From: Eledone cirrhosa
Taxonomy: Eukaryota
Assembly (NCBI GenBank): GCA_964016885.1
Contig: OZ024751.1
Span: 5,394,001 to 5,458,000 of the forward strand
DNA length: 64,000 bases
Direction: 5' to 3'
Shown here: one piece after another, positions 40,301 through 57,715 of the stretch
How the letters are laid out: the number at the start of each line of letters is the position of its first letter
How positions within the stretch are numbered: position 1 is the first letter of the stretch
The notes under the pieces: generated by a model
What the model saw: only the letters and a program-made list of their open reading frames with translations
Databases searched by the model: none
What the model was told of the DNA's origin: nothing
Position numbers and translations under genes: made by a program

Positions 40301-43300
40301 TATAGGTCAAAATACCAAGACCACAATGTACTAATAAAAGACAGACTATAAATCACAATACCAAGACAACAAGGTACTAATTAAAGAGAGACTATAAATA
40401 ACAATACCAAGACGAGAAGGTACTAATTAAAGAGAAACTATAAATCACAATACCAAGAAAACAAGTACTAGTTAAAACGGACTATAAATCACAATACTAA
40501 GACAACAAGGTACTAATTAAAGTCAGTATATAGGTTACAATACCAAGACAACAAGGTACTAATGAAAGACAGACTATAGGTCACAATACCAAGACAACAA
40601 GATTTTAATTAAAGACAGACTATAATGTCACAATACCAACACAACAATGTACTAATTAAAGAGAAGATATAAATCACAATTACAAGACAACAAATTACTA
40701 ATTAAAGTTGAACTATAATCACAATACCAAAACAATAAGGTACTAATTAAAAAGAGACTATAGTTTAAAGACAGATTATATGTCACAATACCAAGACAAC
40801 AAGGTACTAATTATAGATAGACTATAGGCCACAATACCAAGACATCAATGTACGAGTTAAAGACACACTATAAATCAAAATACCAAGTTAACAAGGTACT
40901 AATTAAAGACAGACTATAAATCACAATACCAAGACAACAAGGTACTAGTTAAAGACGGACTATAAATCACAATACCATGACAACAAGGTACTAATTAAAA
41001 ACAGACTATAGTTACAATACCAAGACAAAATGTACGAATTAAAGACATACTAAAAATCACAATACCAAGACAACAAGGTACTAATTAAAAACAGACTATA
41101 AATCACAATACCAAGACAACAGGGTACTAATTAAAGACGGACTATAAATCACAATACCAAGACAACAAGGTACTAATTAAAATGAGACTATAGATTAAAG
41201 ACAGATTATAGGTGACAATACCAAGACGACAAGGTACGAATTAAAGACAGATTATGAGTCAAAATACCAAGACAACATGGTACTAATTAAAGTCAGACTA
41301 TAGGTTACAATACCAAGACAACATGGTACTAGTTAAAGACAGACTATATGTCACAATGGCAAGATAACAAGGTACTAATAAAAGACAGACTATATGTCAC
41401 AATACCAAGACAACAAGGTACTAATTAAAGAGAGAATATAAATCACAATACCAAGACAACAAGTTACTAATTAAAGACGGATTATAAATCACAATGCCAA
41501 GACAATAAGGTACTATTTCAAGAGAGACTACTATAAATCATACTACCAAGACAACAAGGTACTAATTAAAGACAGGCTATATGTAGTAATACAAAGACAA
41601 CAAGGTACTAATTAAAGACAGATTATAGGTCACAATACCAATACAACAAGGTACTAATTAAAGACAGACTATAGGTAACAATACCAAGACAACAAGGTAC
41701 TAATTAAAGACGTACTATAAATCACAATACCAAGACAACAAGGCACTAATTAAAGAGAGATTATAAATCACAATACCAAGACAACAAAATACTAAATAAG
41801 AAGAGACTATAAATCACAGTACCAAGACAACAAGGTACTAATTAAAGACAGACTATAGGTAACACTACGGAACAACAAGGTACTAATTAAAGATAGACAA
41901 TAGGTCACAATACCAAGACAACAATGTACTAATAAAAGACAGACTATAAATCACAATACCAAGACAACAAGGAACTAATTAAAGACAGACTGCAGCTCAC
42001 AATACCAAGAGGACAAGGTACTAATGAAAGACAGACTATAGGTCACAATACCAAGACAACAAGGTACTAATTAAAGAGAGGATATAAATCACAATAGCAA
42101 GACAACAAATTACTAATTAAAGACGAACTATAAATCACAATACCAAAACAATAAGGTACTAATTAAAAAGAGACTATAGATTAAAGACAGATTATAGGTC
42201 ACAATACCAAGACGACAACGCACTAATTAACGATAAACTATAAGTCAAAATATCAAGACAACAAGGTACTAATTAAAGGCAGACTATATGTCATAATACC
42301 AAGACAACAAGGTACTAATTAAAGACGGACTATAAATCATAATGCCAAGACAACAAGTTACTAATTAAAAAAGAGACTATAAATCACAATACCAAGACAA
42401 CAAGGTACTAATTAAAGACAGATTATAGGTGACAAAACCAAGACAACAATGTACTAATTAAAGATAGACTATAGGTCACAAAACCAAGACATCAATATAT
42501 AAAGGCAGACTATAAATCACAATACCAAGTTAACAAGGTATTAATTAAAGACAGACTATAAATCACCATACCAAGACAACAATGCACTAATTAAAAAGAG
42601 ACTATAAATCACAATACCAAGACAACAGGGTACAAATTAAAGACAGAATTATAGGTCACAATACCAAGACAACGAGCTACTAGTTAAAGACGGACTATAA
42701 ATCACAATACCAAGACAACTAGGTACTAATTAAAGACAGACTATATGTCACAATATCAAGATAACATGGGCTAATTAAAGACAGACTATAGGTTACAATA
42801 CCAAGACAAAATGTGCGAATTAAAGACAGACTATAGGTCACAATACCAATACAACATGGTACAAATTAAAGAGTGACTATAAATCACAATAACAAGACAA
42901 CAAGGTACTAATTAAAGATAGACTATCGGTCACAATACCAAGACAACATTGTACTAATAAAACACAGACTATAAATCACAACCCCAAGACAACAAGATAC
43001 TAATTAAAGACAGACTATAGCTCACAATACAAACACAACAAGGTACTAATTAAAGAGAAACTATAAATCAAAATACCAAGACGATAAGGTACTAATTAAA
43101 GACAGACTATAGGTCACAATACGAAGACAACAAGGTACTAATTAAAGAGAGAATATAAATCACAATAGCAAGACAACAAATTACTAATTAAAGACGAACT
43201 AGAAATCACAATACCAAGACAACAAGGTACTAATTAAAAAGAGACTATAGATTAAAGATAGATTATAGGTCACAATACCAAGACGAGAAGGTACTGATTA

Positions 43301-46300
43301 AAGAAAGTCTATAAGTCAAAATACAAAGACAACTATGTACTAATTAAAGACAGACTATATGTCACAATACCAAGACAACAAGGTACTAATTAAAGACAGA
43401 CTATATGTCACAATACCAAGACAACAATGTACTAAATAAAGACACACTATAAATCACACTACCAAGACAACAAGGTACTAATTAAAGAGACTATAAATCA
43501 CAATACCAAGTCAACAAGGTACTAATTAAAAACAGACTATAGGACACAATACCAAAACAACAAGGTACTAATTAAAGATAGACTATAGGTCACTTTACCA
43601 AGACAACAATGTAAGAATTAAAGACAGACTATAAATCACACGACCAAGAAAACAAGATACTAATTAAAGAGACTATAAATCACAATACCAAGTCAACAAG
43701 GTACTAATTAAAGACAGACTATAGGACACAATACCAAAACAACAAGGTACTAATTAAAGAGAGACTATAAATCACAATACCAAGACAACAAGGTACTAAT
43801 TAAAGACGGACTATGAATCACAATAACAAGACAACACGGTACTAATTAAATACAGACTATAAATCACAATACTAAGACAACAAGCTACTAATTAAAGACA
43901 GACTAAAGGTCACAATACCTAGACAACAAGGTACTAATTAAAGACAGATTATATGTCACAATACCAAGACAACCATGTACTAATTAAAGACAGACTATAT
44001 GTCACAATACCAAGACTACAAGATACTAATTAAAACAGATTATATGTCACATTACCAAGACGACTAGGTACTAATTAAAGACGGACTATAATTCACACTA
44101 CCAAGACAACAAGGTACTAATTAAAGAGACTATGAATCACAATACCAAGTCAAGAAGGTGCTAATTAACGACGGACTATAAATCACAATACCAAGACAAC
44201 AATGTACTAATTAAAGACAGACTATAGGTTACAATACCAAGACAATAAGGTATTAATTAAAGAGAGACTATAAATCATAATACCAAGACAACAAGGTACT
44301 AAATAAAGACAGACTATAGCTCACAATATCAAGACAACAAGGTACTAATTAAAGACAGAATATAGGTCACAATACCAAGACAACAAGGTACTAGTTAAAG
44401 GCGGACTATAAATCACAATACCAAGAAATGAAGGTACTAATTAAAGACAGACTATAAATTCACAATACCAAGACAACAAGGTACTAATTAAAGATAGATT
44501 ATGAAGACAACAATGTACTAATTAAAGAGAGACTATAAATCACAATACCAAGAAAACAAATTACTAATTAAAGACGAAATATAAATCACAATACCAAGAA
44601 AGATACTAATTAAAAAGAGACTATAGATTAAAGACAGTTTATAGGTCACAATACCAAGACGACAAGGTACTAATTAAAGACAGACTATAAGTCAAAATAC
44701 TAAGACAACAAGGTACTAATTAAAGACAGACTATAGGTCACAATACCAAGCCAACAAGGTACTAATTAAAGACAGACTATATGTCACAATACCAAGACAA
44801 CAAGGTACTAATTAAAGACAGACTATATCTCATAATACCAAGACAACACGGTACTAATTAAAGACAGTACTAATTAAAGACGGACTATAAATCACAATAC
44901 CCAGACAACAAGGTAGTAATTAAAGAGACTATAAATCACAATACCAAGACAACAAGTACTAATTAAAGGCAGACTATAGGTCACAATACCAAGACAATAA
45001 GAAAAGAGAGACTATAAATCACAATACCAAGACAACAATGTACTAATTAAAGACAGATTATAGGAAACAATACGAAACAACAAGGTACTAATTAAAGATA
45101 GACTATAAATCACAATTCCAAGACAACAAGGTACTAATTAAAGACGGACTATAGCTCACAATACCAAGACAACAAGGTACTAATTAAAGACAGACTATAA
45201 ATCACAATACCAAGACAACAAGTTACTAATTAAAGACATAATATAGGTCCCAATACCAAGACAACGAGGCACTAACTAAAGACAGAATATAGGTCACAAT
45301 ACCAAGACTACAAGGTACTTGTTAAAGACAGACTATAAATCCCAATACCAAGAAAAGAAGGTACTAATTAAAGACAGACTATAAATCACAATACCAAGAC
45401 AATAAGGTACTATTTAAAGACAGACTATAAATCACAATAGCAAGACACAAGGTACTAATTAACGACAGACTATAAGTCAAAATACGAAGACAACAAGGTA
45501 CTAATTAAAGAGAGACTATAAATCACACTAGCAAGACAACAAATTACTAATTAAAGACGAACTGTATGTCACAATATCAAGACAATAATGTGCTATTTAA
45601 AGACAGACTATAAATCACAATACCAAGACAACAAGATACTAATTAAAGACAGACTATATGTCACAATACCAAGACAACAAGGTACCAATTAAAGAGAGAT
45701 TATAAATCACAATACCAAGACAACAAGGTACTAATTAAAGAGGGACTATAAATCACAATACCAAGACCATAAGATATTATTTAAAGAGAGACTTTAAATC
45801 ATAATACCAAGACAACAAGGTACTAATTAAAGACATACTATATGTCACAATACCAAGACAACAAGGTACGAATTAAAGACAGACTATAGGTCACAATATG
45901 AAGACAACAAGGTACTAATTAAACAGAGACGATAAATCACAATAAGAAGACAACTGATTACTAATTAAAGACGAAATATAAATCACAATACCAAGACAAT
46001 AAGGTACAATTTAAAGACAGATTATAAATCACAATACCAAGACAACAAGGTACTAAATAAAAAGAGACTATAGATTAAAGACAGATATAGGTCACAATAC
46101 CAAGACGACAAGGTACTAATTAAAGACAGACTATAAGTCAAAATACTGAGACAACAAGGTACTAATTAAGGACAGACTATTGGTCACAATACCAAGACAA
46201 CAAGGTACTAATTAAAGCAGACTATATGTCACAATACCAAGACAACAAGGTACGAATTAAAGACAGACTATATGTCAGTATACCAAGACAACACGGTACT

Positions 46301-49300
46301 AATTAAAGACAGACTATATGTCACGATACCAAGACGACAAGATACTAATTAAAGATGGACTATAAATCACAATGCCAAGACAACAAGGTACTAATTAAAG
46401 AGACTATAAATCACAATACCAAGTCAACAAGGTACTAATTAAAGACTGACTATTAATCACAATACCAAGACAACAATGTACTAATTAAAAAGAGACTATA
46501 AATCACAATACCAAGACAACAGGATACTAGTTAAAGATAGATTATAGGACACAATACCAAGACAACAAGATACTAATTACAGACGGACTACAAATTACAA
46601 TACCAAGACAACAATGTAGTAATTAAAGAGACTATATATCACAATACCAAGACAACAAGGTACTAAATAAGAGGGACTATAAATCACAATACCAAGACAA
46701 CAAGGTACTAATTAAAGACACACTATAAATCACAATACCAAGACAACAAGGTACTAATTAAAGACAGAATATAGGTCACAATACCAAGACAACAAAGTAC
46801 TAATTAAAGACAGACTATAGGTCACAATACCAAGACAACAAGGTACTAGTTAAAGACGGACTATAAATCACAATACCAAGAAAAGTAGGTACTAATTAAA
46901 GACAGACTATAAATCACAATACCAAGACAACAAGATACTAATTAAAGACAGACTACAGGTTACAATACCAAGACAAATAGGTACGAATTAAAGACAGACT
47001 ATAGGTCACAACATGAAGACAACAATGTACTAATTAAACAGAGACTATAAATCACAATAACAAGAAATCTAATTACTAATTAAAGACGAAATATAAATCA
47101 CAATACCAAGACAATAATGTACTCTTTAAAGACAGACTATAAATCACAATACCAAGATAACAAGGTACTAATTAAAAAGAAACAATAGATTAAAGATAGA
47201 TTATACGTCACAATACCAAGACGACAAGGTACTAATTAAAGACACACTATAAGTCAAAATACTAAGACAACAAGGTACTCATTAAAGACAGACTATTGGT
47301 CACAATACCAAGACAACAAGGTACTAATTAAAGACAGACTATATGTCACAATACCAAGACAATAAGGTACGAATTAAAGACAGACTATATGCCATAATAC
47401 CAAGACAACACGGTACTAATTAAAGACAGACTATATGTCACAATACCAAGACAACAAGGTACTAATTTAAAACAGATTATATGTCACAATACCAAGACGA
47501 CAAGGTACTAATTAAAGACTGACTATAAATCACAATACCAAGACAACAAGGTACTAATTAAAGAGAGACTATTAATCACAATACCAAGACAACATGATAC
47601 TAATTAAAGATAGACTATATGTCACAATACCAAGACAAAAAAGGTACTAATTAAAGACAGTCTATAGGTCACACAATACCAAGACAACAAGGTACTAATT
47701 AAAGACGGACTATAAATCACAATACCAAGACAATAAGGTACCATTTCAAGAGAGACTATAAATCATAATACCAAGATAACAAGGTACTAATTAAAGACAG
47801 ACTATAGGTCACAATACCAAGACACCAAGTTCCTAATTAAAGAGCGACTATAAATCTCAATACCAACACAACAAGGTACTTGTTAAAGACGGACTATTAA
47901 TCACAATACCAAGACAACAAGGTACTAATTAAAGAGACTATAAATCACAATACCAAGACAACAAGTTACTAATTAAAAAGAGACTATAGATTAAAGACAG
48001 AATATAGGTCACAATACCAAGACGACAAGGTACTAATTAAAGACAGACTATAGGTCACAATACCAAGACAACAAGGTACTAATTAAAGAGAGACTATAAA
48101 TCACATTACCAAGACAACAATGTACTAATTAAAGAGAGACTATAAATCACAATACCAAGACAACAAGGTACTAATTAAAGACAGACTATAGGCAACAATA
48201 CGAAACAACAAGATACTAATTAAAGAGAGACTTTAAATCACAATACCAAGACAACAAGGTACTAATTAAAGACATACTATATGTCACAATACCAAGACAA
48301 CAAGGTACGAATTAAAGACAGACTATAGGTCACAATATGAAGACAACAAGGTACTAATTAAACAGAGACGATAAATCACAATAAGAAGACAACTGATTAC
48401 TAATTAAAGACGAAATATAAATCACAATACCAAGACAATAAGGTACAATTTAAAGACAGATTATAAATCACAATACCAAGACAACAAGGTACTAAATAAA
48501 AAGAGACTATAGATTAAAGACAGATATAGGTCACAATACCAAGACGACAAGGTACTAATTAAAGACAGACTATAAGTCAAAATACTGAGACAACAAGGTA
48601 CTAATTAAGGACAGACTATTGGTCACAATACCAAGACAACAAGGTACTAATTAAAGCAGACTATATGTCACAATACCAAGACAACAAGGTACGAATTAAA
48701 AACAGATTATATGTCACGATACCAAGAGGACAAGATACTAATTAAAGATGGACTATAAATCACAATGCCAAGACAACAAGGTACTAATTAAAGAGACTAT
48801 AAATCACAATACCAAGTCAACAAGGTACTAATTAAAGACTGACTATTAATCACAATACCAAGACAACAATGTACTAATTAAAAAGAGACTATAAATCACA
48901 ATACCAAGACAACAGGATACTAATTAAAGATAGATTATAGGACACAATACCAAGACAACAAGATACTAATTACAGACGGACTACAAATTACAATACCAAG
49001 ACAACAATGTAGTAATTAAAGAGACTATATATCACAATACCAAGACAACAAGGTACTAAATAAGAGGGACTATAAATCACAATACCAAGACAACAAGGTA
49101 CTAATTAAAGACACACTATAAATCACAATACCAAGACAACAAGGTACTAATTAAAGACAGAATATAGGTCACAATACCAAGACAACAAGGTACTAATTAA
49201 AGACAGACTATAGGTCACAATACCAAGACAACAAGGTACTAGTTAAAGACGGACTATAAATCACAATACCAAGAAAAGTAGGTACTAATTAAAGACAGAC

Positions 49301-52300
49301 TATAAATCACAATACCAAGACAACAAGATACTAATTAAAGACAGACTACAGGTTACAATACCAAGACAAATAGGTACGAATTAAAGACAGACTATAGGTC
49401 ACAACATGAAGACAACAATGTACTAATTAAACAGAGACTATAAATCACAATAACAAGAAATCTAATTACTAATTAAAGACGAAATATAAATCACAATACC
49501 AAGACAATAATGTACTCTTTAAAGACAGACTATAAATCACAATACCAAGATAACAAGGTACTAATTAAAAAGAAACAATAGATTAAAGATAGATTATACG
49601 TCACAATACCAAGACGACAAGGTACTAATTAAAGACACACTATAAGTCAAAATACTAAGACAACAAGGTACTCATTAAAGACAGACTATTGGTCACAATA
49701 CCAAGACAACAAGGTACTAATTAAAGACAGACTATATGTCACAATACCAAGACAATAAGGTACCAATTAAGGACAGACTATATGCCATAATACCAAGACA
49801 ACACGGTACTAATTAAAGACAGACTATATGTCACAATACCAAGACAACAAGGTACTAATTTAAAACAGATTATATGTCACAATACCAAGACGACAAGGTA
49901 CTAATTAAAGACTGACTATAAATCACAATACCAAGACAATAAGGTACCATTTCAAGAGAGACTATAAATCATAATACAAAAGATAACAAGGTACTAATTA
50001 AAGACAGACTATAGGTCACAATACCAAGACACCAAGTTCCTAATTAAAGAGAGACTATAAATCTCAATACCAACACAACAAGGTACTTGTTAAAGACGGA
50101 CTATTAATCACAATACCAAGACAACAAGGTACTAATTAAAGAGACTATAAATCACAATACCAAGACAACAAGTTACTAATTAAAAAGAGACTATAGATTA
50201 AAGACAGAATATAGGTCACAATACCAAGACGACAAGGTACTAATTAAAGACAGACTATAGGTCACAATACCAAGACAACAAGGTACTAATTAAAGAGAGA
50301 CTATAAATCACATTACCAAGACAACAATGTACTAATTAAAGAGAGACTATAAATCACAATACCAAGACAACAAGGTACTAATTAAAGACAGACTATAGGC
50401 AACAATACGAAACAACAAGATACTAATTAAAGAGAGACTTTAAATCACAATACCAAGACAACAAGGTACTAATTAAAGACATACTATATGTCACAATACC
50501 AAGACAACAAGGTACGAATTAAAGACAGACTATAGGTCACAATATGAAGACAACAAGGTACTAATTAAACAGAGACGATAAATCACAATAAGAAGACAAC
50601 TGATTACTAATTAAAGACGAAATATAAATCACAATACCAAGACAATAAGGTACAATTTAAAGACAGATTATAAATCACAATACCAAGACAACAAGGTACT
50701 AAATAAAAAGAGACTATAGATTAAAGACAGATATAGGTCACAATACCAAGACGACAAGGTACTAATTAAAGACAGACTATAAGTCAAAATACTGAGACAA
50801 CAAGGTACTAATTAAGGACAGACTATTGGTCACAATACCAAGACAACAAGGTACTAATTAAAGCAGACTATATGTCACAATACCAAGACAACAAGGTACG
50901 AATTAAAAACATTATATGTCACGATACCAAGACGACAAGATACTAATTAAAGATGGACTATAAATCACAATGCCAAGACAACAAGGTACTAATTGAAGAG
51001 ACTATAAATCACAATACCAAGTCAACAAGGTACTAATTAAAGACTGACTATTAATCACAATACCAAGACAACAATGTACTAATTAAAAAGAGACTATAAA
51101 TCACAATACCAAGACAACAGGATACTAATTAAAGATAGATTATAGGACACAATACCAAGACAACAAGATACTAATTACAGACGGACTACAAATTACAATA
51201 CCAAGACAACAATGTAGTAATTAAAGAGACTATATATCACAATACCAAGACAACAAGGTACTAAATAAGAGGGACTATAAATCACAATACCAAGACAACA
51301 AGGTACTAATTAAAGACACACTATAAATCACAATACCAAGACAACAAGGTACTAATTAAAGACAGAATATAGGTCACAATACCAAGACAACAAGGTACTA
51401 ATTAAAGACAGACTATAGGTCACAATACCAAGACAACAAGGTACTAGTTAAAGACGGACTATAAATCACAATACCAAGAAAAGTAGGTACTAATTAAAGA
51501 CAGACTATAAATCACAATACCAAGACAACAAGATACTAATTAAAGACAGACTACAGGTTACAATACCAAGACAAATAGGTACGAATTAAAGACAGACTAT
51601 AGGTCACAACATGAAGACAACAATGTACTAATTAAACAGAGACTATAAATCACAATAACAAGAAATCTAATTACTAATTAAAGACGAAATATAAATCACA
51701 ATACCAAGACAATAATGTACTCTTTAAAGACAGACTATAAATCACAATACCAAGATAACAAGGTACTAATTAAAAAGAAACAATAGATTAAAGATAGATT
51801 ATACGTCACAATACCAAGAGGACAAGGTACTAATTAAAGACACACTATAAGTCAAAATACTAAGACAACAAGGTACTCATTAAAGACAGACTATTGGTCA
51901 CAATACCAAGACAACAAGGTACTAATTAAAGACAGACTATATGTCACAATACCAAGACAATAAGGTACGAATTAAGGACAGACTATATGCCATAATACCA
52001 AGACAACACGGTACTAATTAAAGACAGACTATATGTCACAATACCAAGACAACAAGGTACTAATTTAAAACAGATTATATGTCACAATACCAAGACGACA
52101 AGGTACTAATTAAAGACTGACTATAAATCACAATACCAAGACAATAAGGTACCATTTCAAGAGAGACTATAAATCATAATACAAAAGATAACAAGGTACT
52201 AATTAAAGACAGACTATAGGTCACAATACCAAGACACCAAGTTCCTAATTAAAGAGAGACTATAAATCTCAATACCAACACAACAAGGTACTTGTTAAAG

Positions 52301-55145
52301 ACGGACTATTAATCACAATACCAAGACAACAAGGTACTAATTAAAGAGACTATAAATCACAATACCAAGACAACAAGTTACTAATTAAAAAGAGACTATA
52401 GATTAAAGACAGAATATAGGTCACAATACCAAGACGACAAGGTACTAATTAAAGACAGACTATAGGTCACAATACCAAGACAACAAGGTACTAATTAAAG
52501 AGAGACTATAAATCACATTACCAAGACAACAATGTACTAATTAAAGAGAGACTATAAATCACAATACCAAGGTACTAATTAAAGACAGACTATAGGCAAC
52601 AATACGAAACAACAAGATACTAATTAAAGAGAGACTTTAAATCACAATACCAAGACAACAAGGTACTAATTAAAGACATACTATATGTCACAATACCAAG
52701 ACAACAAGGTACGAATTAAAGACAGACTATAGGTCACAATATGAAGACAACAAGGTACTAATTAAACAGAGACGATAAATCACAATAAGAAGACAACTGA
52801 TTACTAATTAAAGACGAAATATAAATCACAATACCAAGACAATAAGGTACAATTTAAAGACAGATTATAAATCACAATACCAAGACAACAAGGTACTAAA
52901 TAAAAAGAGACTATAGATTAAAGACAGATATAGGTCACAATACCAAGACGACAAGGTACTAATTAAAGACAGACTATAAGTCAAAATACTGAGACAACAA
53001 GGTACTAATTAAGGACAGACTATTGGTCACAATACCAAGACAACAAGGTACTAATTAAAGCAGACTATATGTCACAATACCAAGACAACAAGGTACGAAT
53101 TAAAAACAGATTATATGTCACGATACCAAGACGACAAGATACTAATTAAAGATGGACTATAAATCACAATGCCAAGACAACAAGGTACTAATTGAAGAGA
53201 CTATAAATCACAATACCAAGTCAACAAGGTACTAATTAAAGACTGACTATTAATCACAATACCAAGACAACAATGTACTAATTAAAAAGAGACTATAAAT
53301 CACAATACCAAGACAACAGGATACTAATTAAAGATAGATTATAGGACACAATACCAAGACAACAAGATACTAATTACAGACGGACTACAAATTACAATAC
53401 CAAGACAACAATGTAGTAATTAAAGAGACTATATATCACAATACCAAGACAACAAGGTACTAAATAAGAGGGACTATAAATCACAATACCAAGAAAACAA
53501 GGTACTAATTAAAGACACACTATAGGTCACACAATACCAAGACAACAAGGTACTAATTAAAGACAGAATATAGGTCACAATACCAAGACAACAAGGTACT
53601 AATTAAAGACAGACTATAGGTCACAATACCAAGACAACAAGGTACTAGTTAAAGACGGACTATAAATCACAATACCAAGAAAAGTAGGTACTAATTAAAG
53701 ACAGACTATAAATCACAATACCAAGACAACAAGATACTAATTAAAGACAGACTACAGGTTACAATACCAAGACAAATAGGTACGAATTAAAGACAGACTA
53801 TAAGTCACAACATGAAGACAACAATGTACTAATTAAACAGAGACTATAAATCACAATAACAAGAAATCTAATTACTAATTAAAGACGAAATATAAATCAC
53901 AATACCAAGACAATAATGTACTCTTTAAAGACAGACTATAAATCACAATACCAAGATAACAAGGTACTAATTAAAAAGAAACAATAGATTAAAGATAGAT
54001 TATACGTCACAATACCAAGACGACAAGGTACTAATTAAAGACACACTATAAGTCAAAATGCTAAGACAACAAGGTACTCATTAAAGACAGACTATTGGTC
54101 ACAATACCAAGACAACAAGGTACTAATTAAAGACAGACTATATGTCACAATACCAAGACAATAAGGTACGAATTAAAGACAGACTATATGCCATAATACC
54201 AAGACAACACGGTACTAATTAAAGACAGACTATATGTCACAATACCAAGACAACAAGGTACTAATTTAAAACAGATTATATGTCACAATACCAAGACGAC
54301 AAGGTACTAATTAAAGACTGACTATAAATCACAATACCAAGACAACAAGGTACTAATTAAAGAGAGACTATTAATCACAATACCAAGACAACATGATACT
54401 AATTAAAGATAGACTATATGTCACAATACCAAGACAAAAAAGGTACTAATTAAAGACAGTCTATAGGTCACACAATACCAAGACAACAAGGTACTAATTA
54501 TAGACGGACTATAAATCTCAATACCAATAAAATAAGGTACCATTTCAAGAGAGACTATAAATCATAATACCAAGATAACAAGGTACTAATTAAAGACAGA
54601 CTATAGGTCACAATACCAAGACACCAAGTTCCTAATTAAAGAGAGACTATAAATCTCAATACCAACACAACAAGGTACTTGTTAAAGACGGACTATTAAT
54701 CACAATACCAAGACAACAAGGTACTAATTAAAGAGACTATAAATCACAATACCAAGACAACAAGTTACTAATTAAAAAGAGACTATAGATTAAAGACAGA
54801 ATATAGGTCACAATACCAAGACGACAAGGTACTAATTAAAGACAGACTATAGGTCACAATACCAAGACAACAAGGTACTAATTAAAGAGAGACTATAAAT
54901 CACATTACCAAGACAACAATGTACTAATTAAAGAGAGACTATAAATCACAATACCAAGACAACAAGGTACTAATTAAAGACAGACTATAGGCAACAATAC
55001 GAAACAACAAGATACTAATTAAAGAGAGACTATAAATCACAATACCAAGACAACAAAGTACTAATTAAAAACGGACTATAGGTCACAATACCAAGACGAC
55101 AAAAAACACACTAAAGACAGAAGAGTATAGTTCAAAATACCAAGT
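37345..55145. repeat. ~17.8-kb satellite, 46-bp monomer AATCACAATACCAAGACAACAAGGTACTAATTAAAGACAGACTATA; ~2.2-kb HOR in the distal half
   Basis: Period 46 (38941/38987); diagnostic variants recur about every 2.2-2.4 kb from ~45790. Confidence 0.97.
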
Positions 55146-55482
55146 GGACAACGTATTTCGTGAAGCAAGAAAGAGAGAGAGAGAGGGAGAAGAGGAGCGA
55201 GAAGGAGAAAGGGAGAGAGAGAGGGCACTTGATAACCTTAAAATTAAATGTAAACCTGTTAACTGCAGAGGTCAATGTTAATAGCAACTTCAGATGATAA
55301 CAAGCTATTTCTTCTTTTGATTATCAGATATATCTGATAAATGAGAGTTTGTCTTCCATAACTTTGATGCTTAATTAAAGATTATTCACTACACAATCTG
55401 CACAAAAGACGAAGCTTCTATACCCTTACTTCTATCTCCCTATCACACACTATAACATATAGCTTCTCTCTCTCTCTTAATA

Positions 55483-55483
<1 letters not shown>

Positions 55484-55530
<47 letters not shown>

Positions 55531-55602
55531 CACTACCACTACCACCACCACCACTACTACAACTACCATCACTACCACCATCACCACCACCACCACCACC
55601 TT

Positions 55603-55652
<50 letters not shown>
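55484..55652. repeat. (CTA)n-(CCA)n-(CTA)n compound microsatellite
   Basis: Seen directly. Confidence 0.95.
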
Positions 55653-55653
<1 letters not shown>

Positions 55654-55845
55654 CTACATACATACATTCATTTTTATATATACTGACATACATACACACA
55701 CACGCCCCCCCCATATATATATATATACAAATGCCACGATATATTCGGTACTGAAAGGGTTAGACTTTAAATAAGACGAAAATATAAACGCGGAAGTGTT
55801 TGCGGGAAATTGTAGGATAAGGAGTTTTCTCCGAGGGGATTTGTC

Positions 55846-57510
55846 ACACACACACACATATATATATATATATACGTACACACACAAACACACATATGCA
55901 CATACACACACACATATACACACACATACACACACATACACACATACACATACACACATACATACACACTAACTCGTTCACAGACACCTACATACTCACA
56001 CACTCACACGTACACAACCATTGACAAACTAGCACACACACACACAAACACAAACATACACACCTGCACATACACATATATATATACGTGCACACATATA
56101 CACACATATACACACACATACACACATACACACACACTCACTCGTTCACAGACACATACCCACACACTCACACGTACACAACCATTGGCAAACTAGCACA
56201 CACACACACACAAACATACACATCTACACATACACTTACACACACATATATACATACATTCACTCTCTTACACTTACATTCTCAAAGACACACATACACA
56301 CTCACACACATATACCATTACATACACACACAGCCACTGACAAACTAGTTCACACTCACACAAACACAAACACATATATATATATATACACACACACTGT
56401 AACATACAGCCACTCTCTCACATATACATTCGTAAACGCACGTCACATATAGTCATATTTTCATACTCACACATACTCACACATACTCACACATACTCAC
56501 ACATAGTTATCAAGTGAAAAACTGTTGCACTCACACACACGTACACACTAACAAACACACATATACACACAGTCACTGTTACATACCGCCACTCCCATAA
56601 ACACTCATACATATGTACTCACACATACTCACACACATAACCACTGAAAAAACTACCACACACAGATACACTCACTTACACACACACATACATACATACA
56701 ACCGTGTGTATTCACGCATACTCACACACACGCTAACACACATACACACATACACACTCAAACAAACACTCACTCAAACATATATATACAAACACTCACT
56801 GTAAAATACATCCTCTCTTTCACACGTACACACACATTCATACACATACATACCCACACATACATAATCACTGACAAACTAACACACATACACATACTCA
56901 CACACATATATACAATGGTGTACACACACAGTTAGATTCCCGAGTAGCTATGTTACACATAGCCCCTTCACACACAACGCATACACACATACTCACACAC
57001 ACACACACTCACAAACTAGCTCACTAATACACACTTACACACACACACATACATTCAAACAAGTACTCACACGTACACAAATAATTACACACACACACAC
57101 ACTGTAACATATAGCCTCTCTCTCACATATCCATGCTCAATCTCACACACGCATTCTCAGACACACGCACACACTCATACATTCATATTCACACATAATC
57201 ACACACAAACGCACACATACTCTCTCAACTCACACTCAAACATACTCTCACACACACACGCACACATACACACACATACACACATAACCACTGAGGAGCT
57301 AGCTCAGCGCACACATGCACACACACACACACGCACATACACACACATACCCACACATAATAATCACTGATAAACGAGCACACACACTCACTCACACACA
57401 CACACTCACATACCACATACACACACGCACTCACGCACACACACACTCACATACACACACTGTTAGATTCCACAGTAGTTATGTTACAAATAGCCCTTTA
57501 CACACGACAT
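55846..57510. repeat. Degenerate (CA)n-rich tract with internal duplications
   Basis: For example GTTAGATTCC..GTAG.TATGTTACA.ATAGCCC at 56930 and 57462. Confidence 0.85.
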
Positions 57511-57715
57511 AGGCAGAGAGGTCATTTAGAACATCGATAGCCATTCCTGCAGGTATATACAACAGATGCATAATGAAGCTTGCACTGTATGTATACACTT
57601 CGGCAAGGCAGACTATTGTAATTGCATTTGCTGTTGCTAATGTAACGGAATGTACTATACACACACATGCATGATGCATATATGTCCCTATAGCTTTAGT
57701 TAGCTATTGCTCTCA

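Noticed and set aside
37345-55145. CRISPR-like array
   Set aside because: Contiguous monomers with no unique spacers, no cas genes, eukaryotic context.
55418-55714. Ser/Gly-rich protein
   Set aside because: Trinucleotide microsatellite translation.
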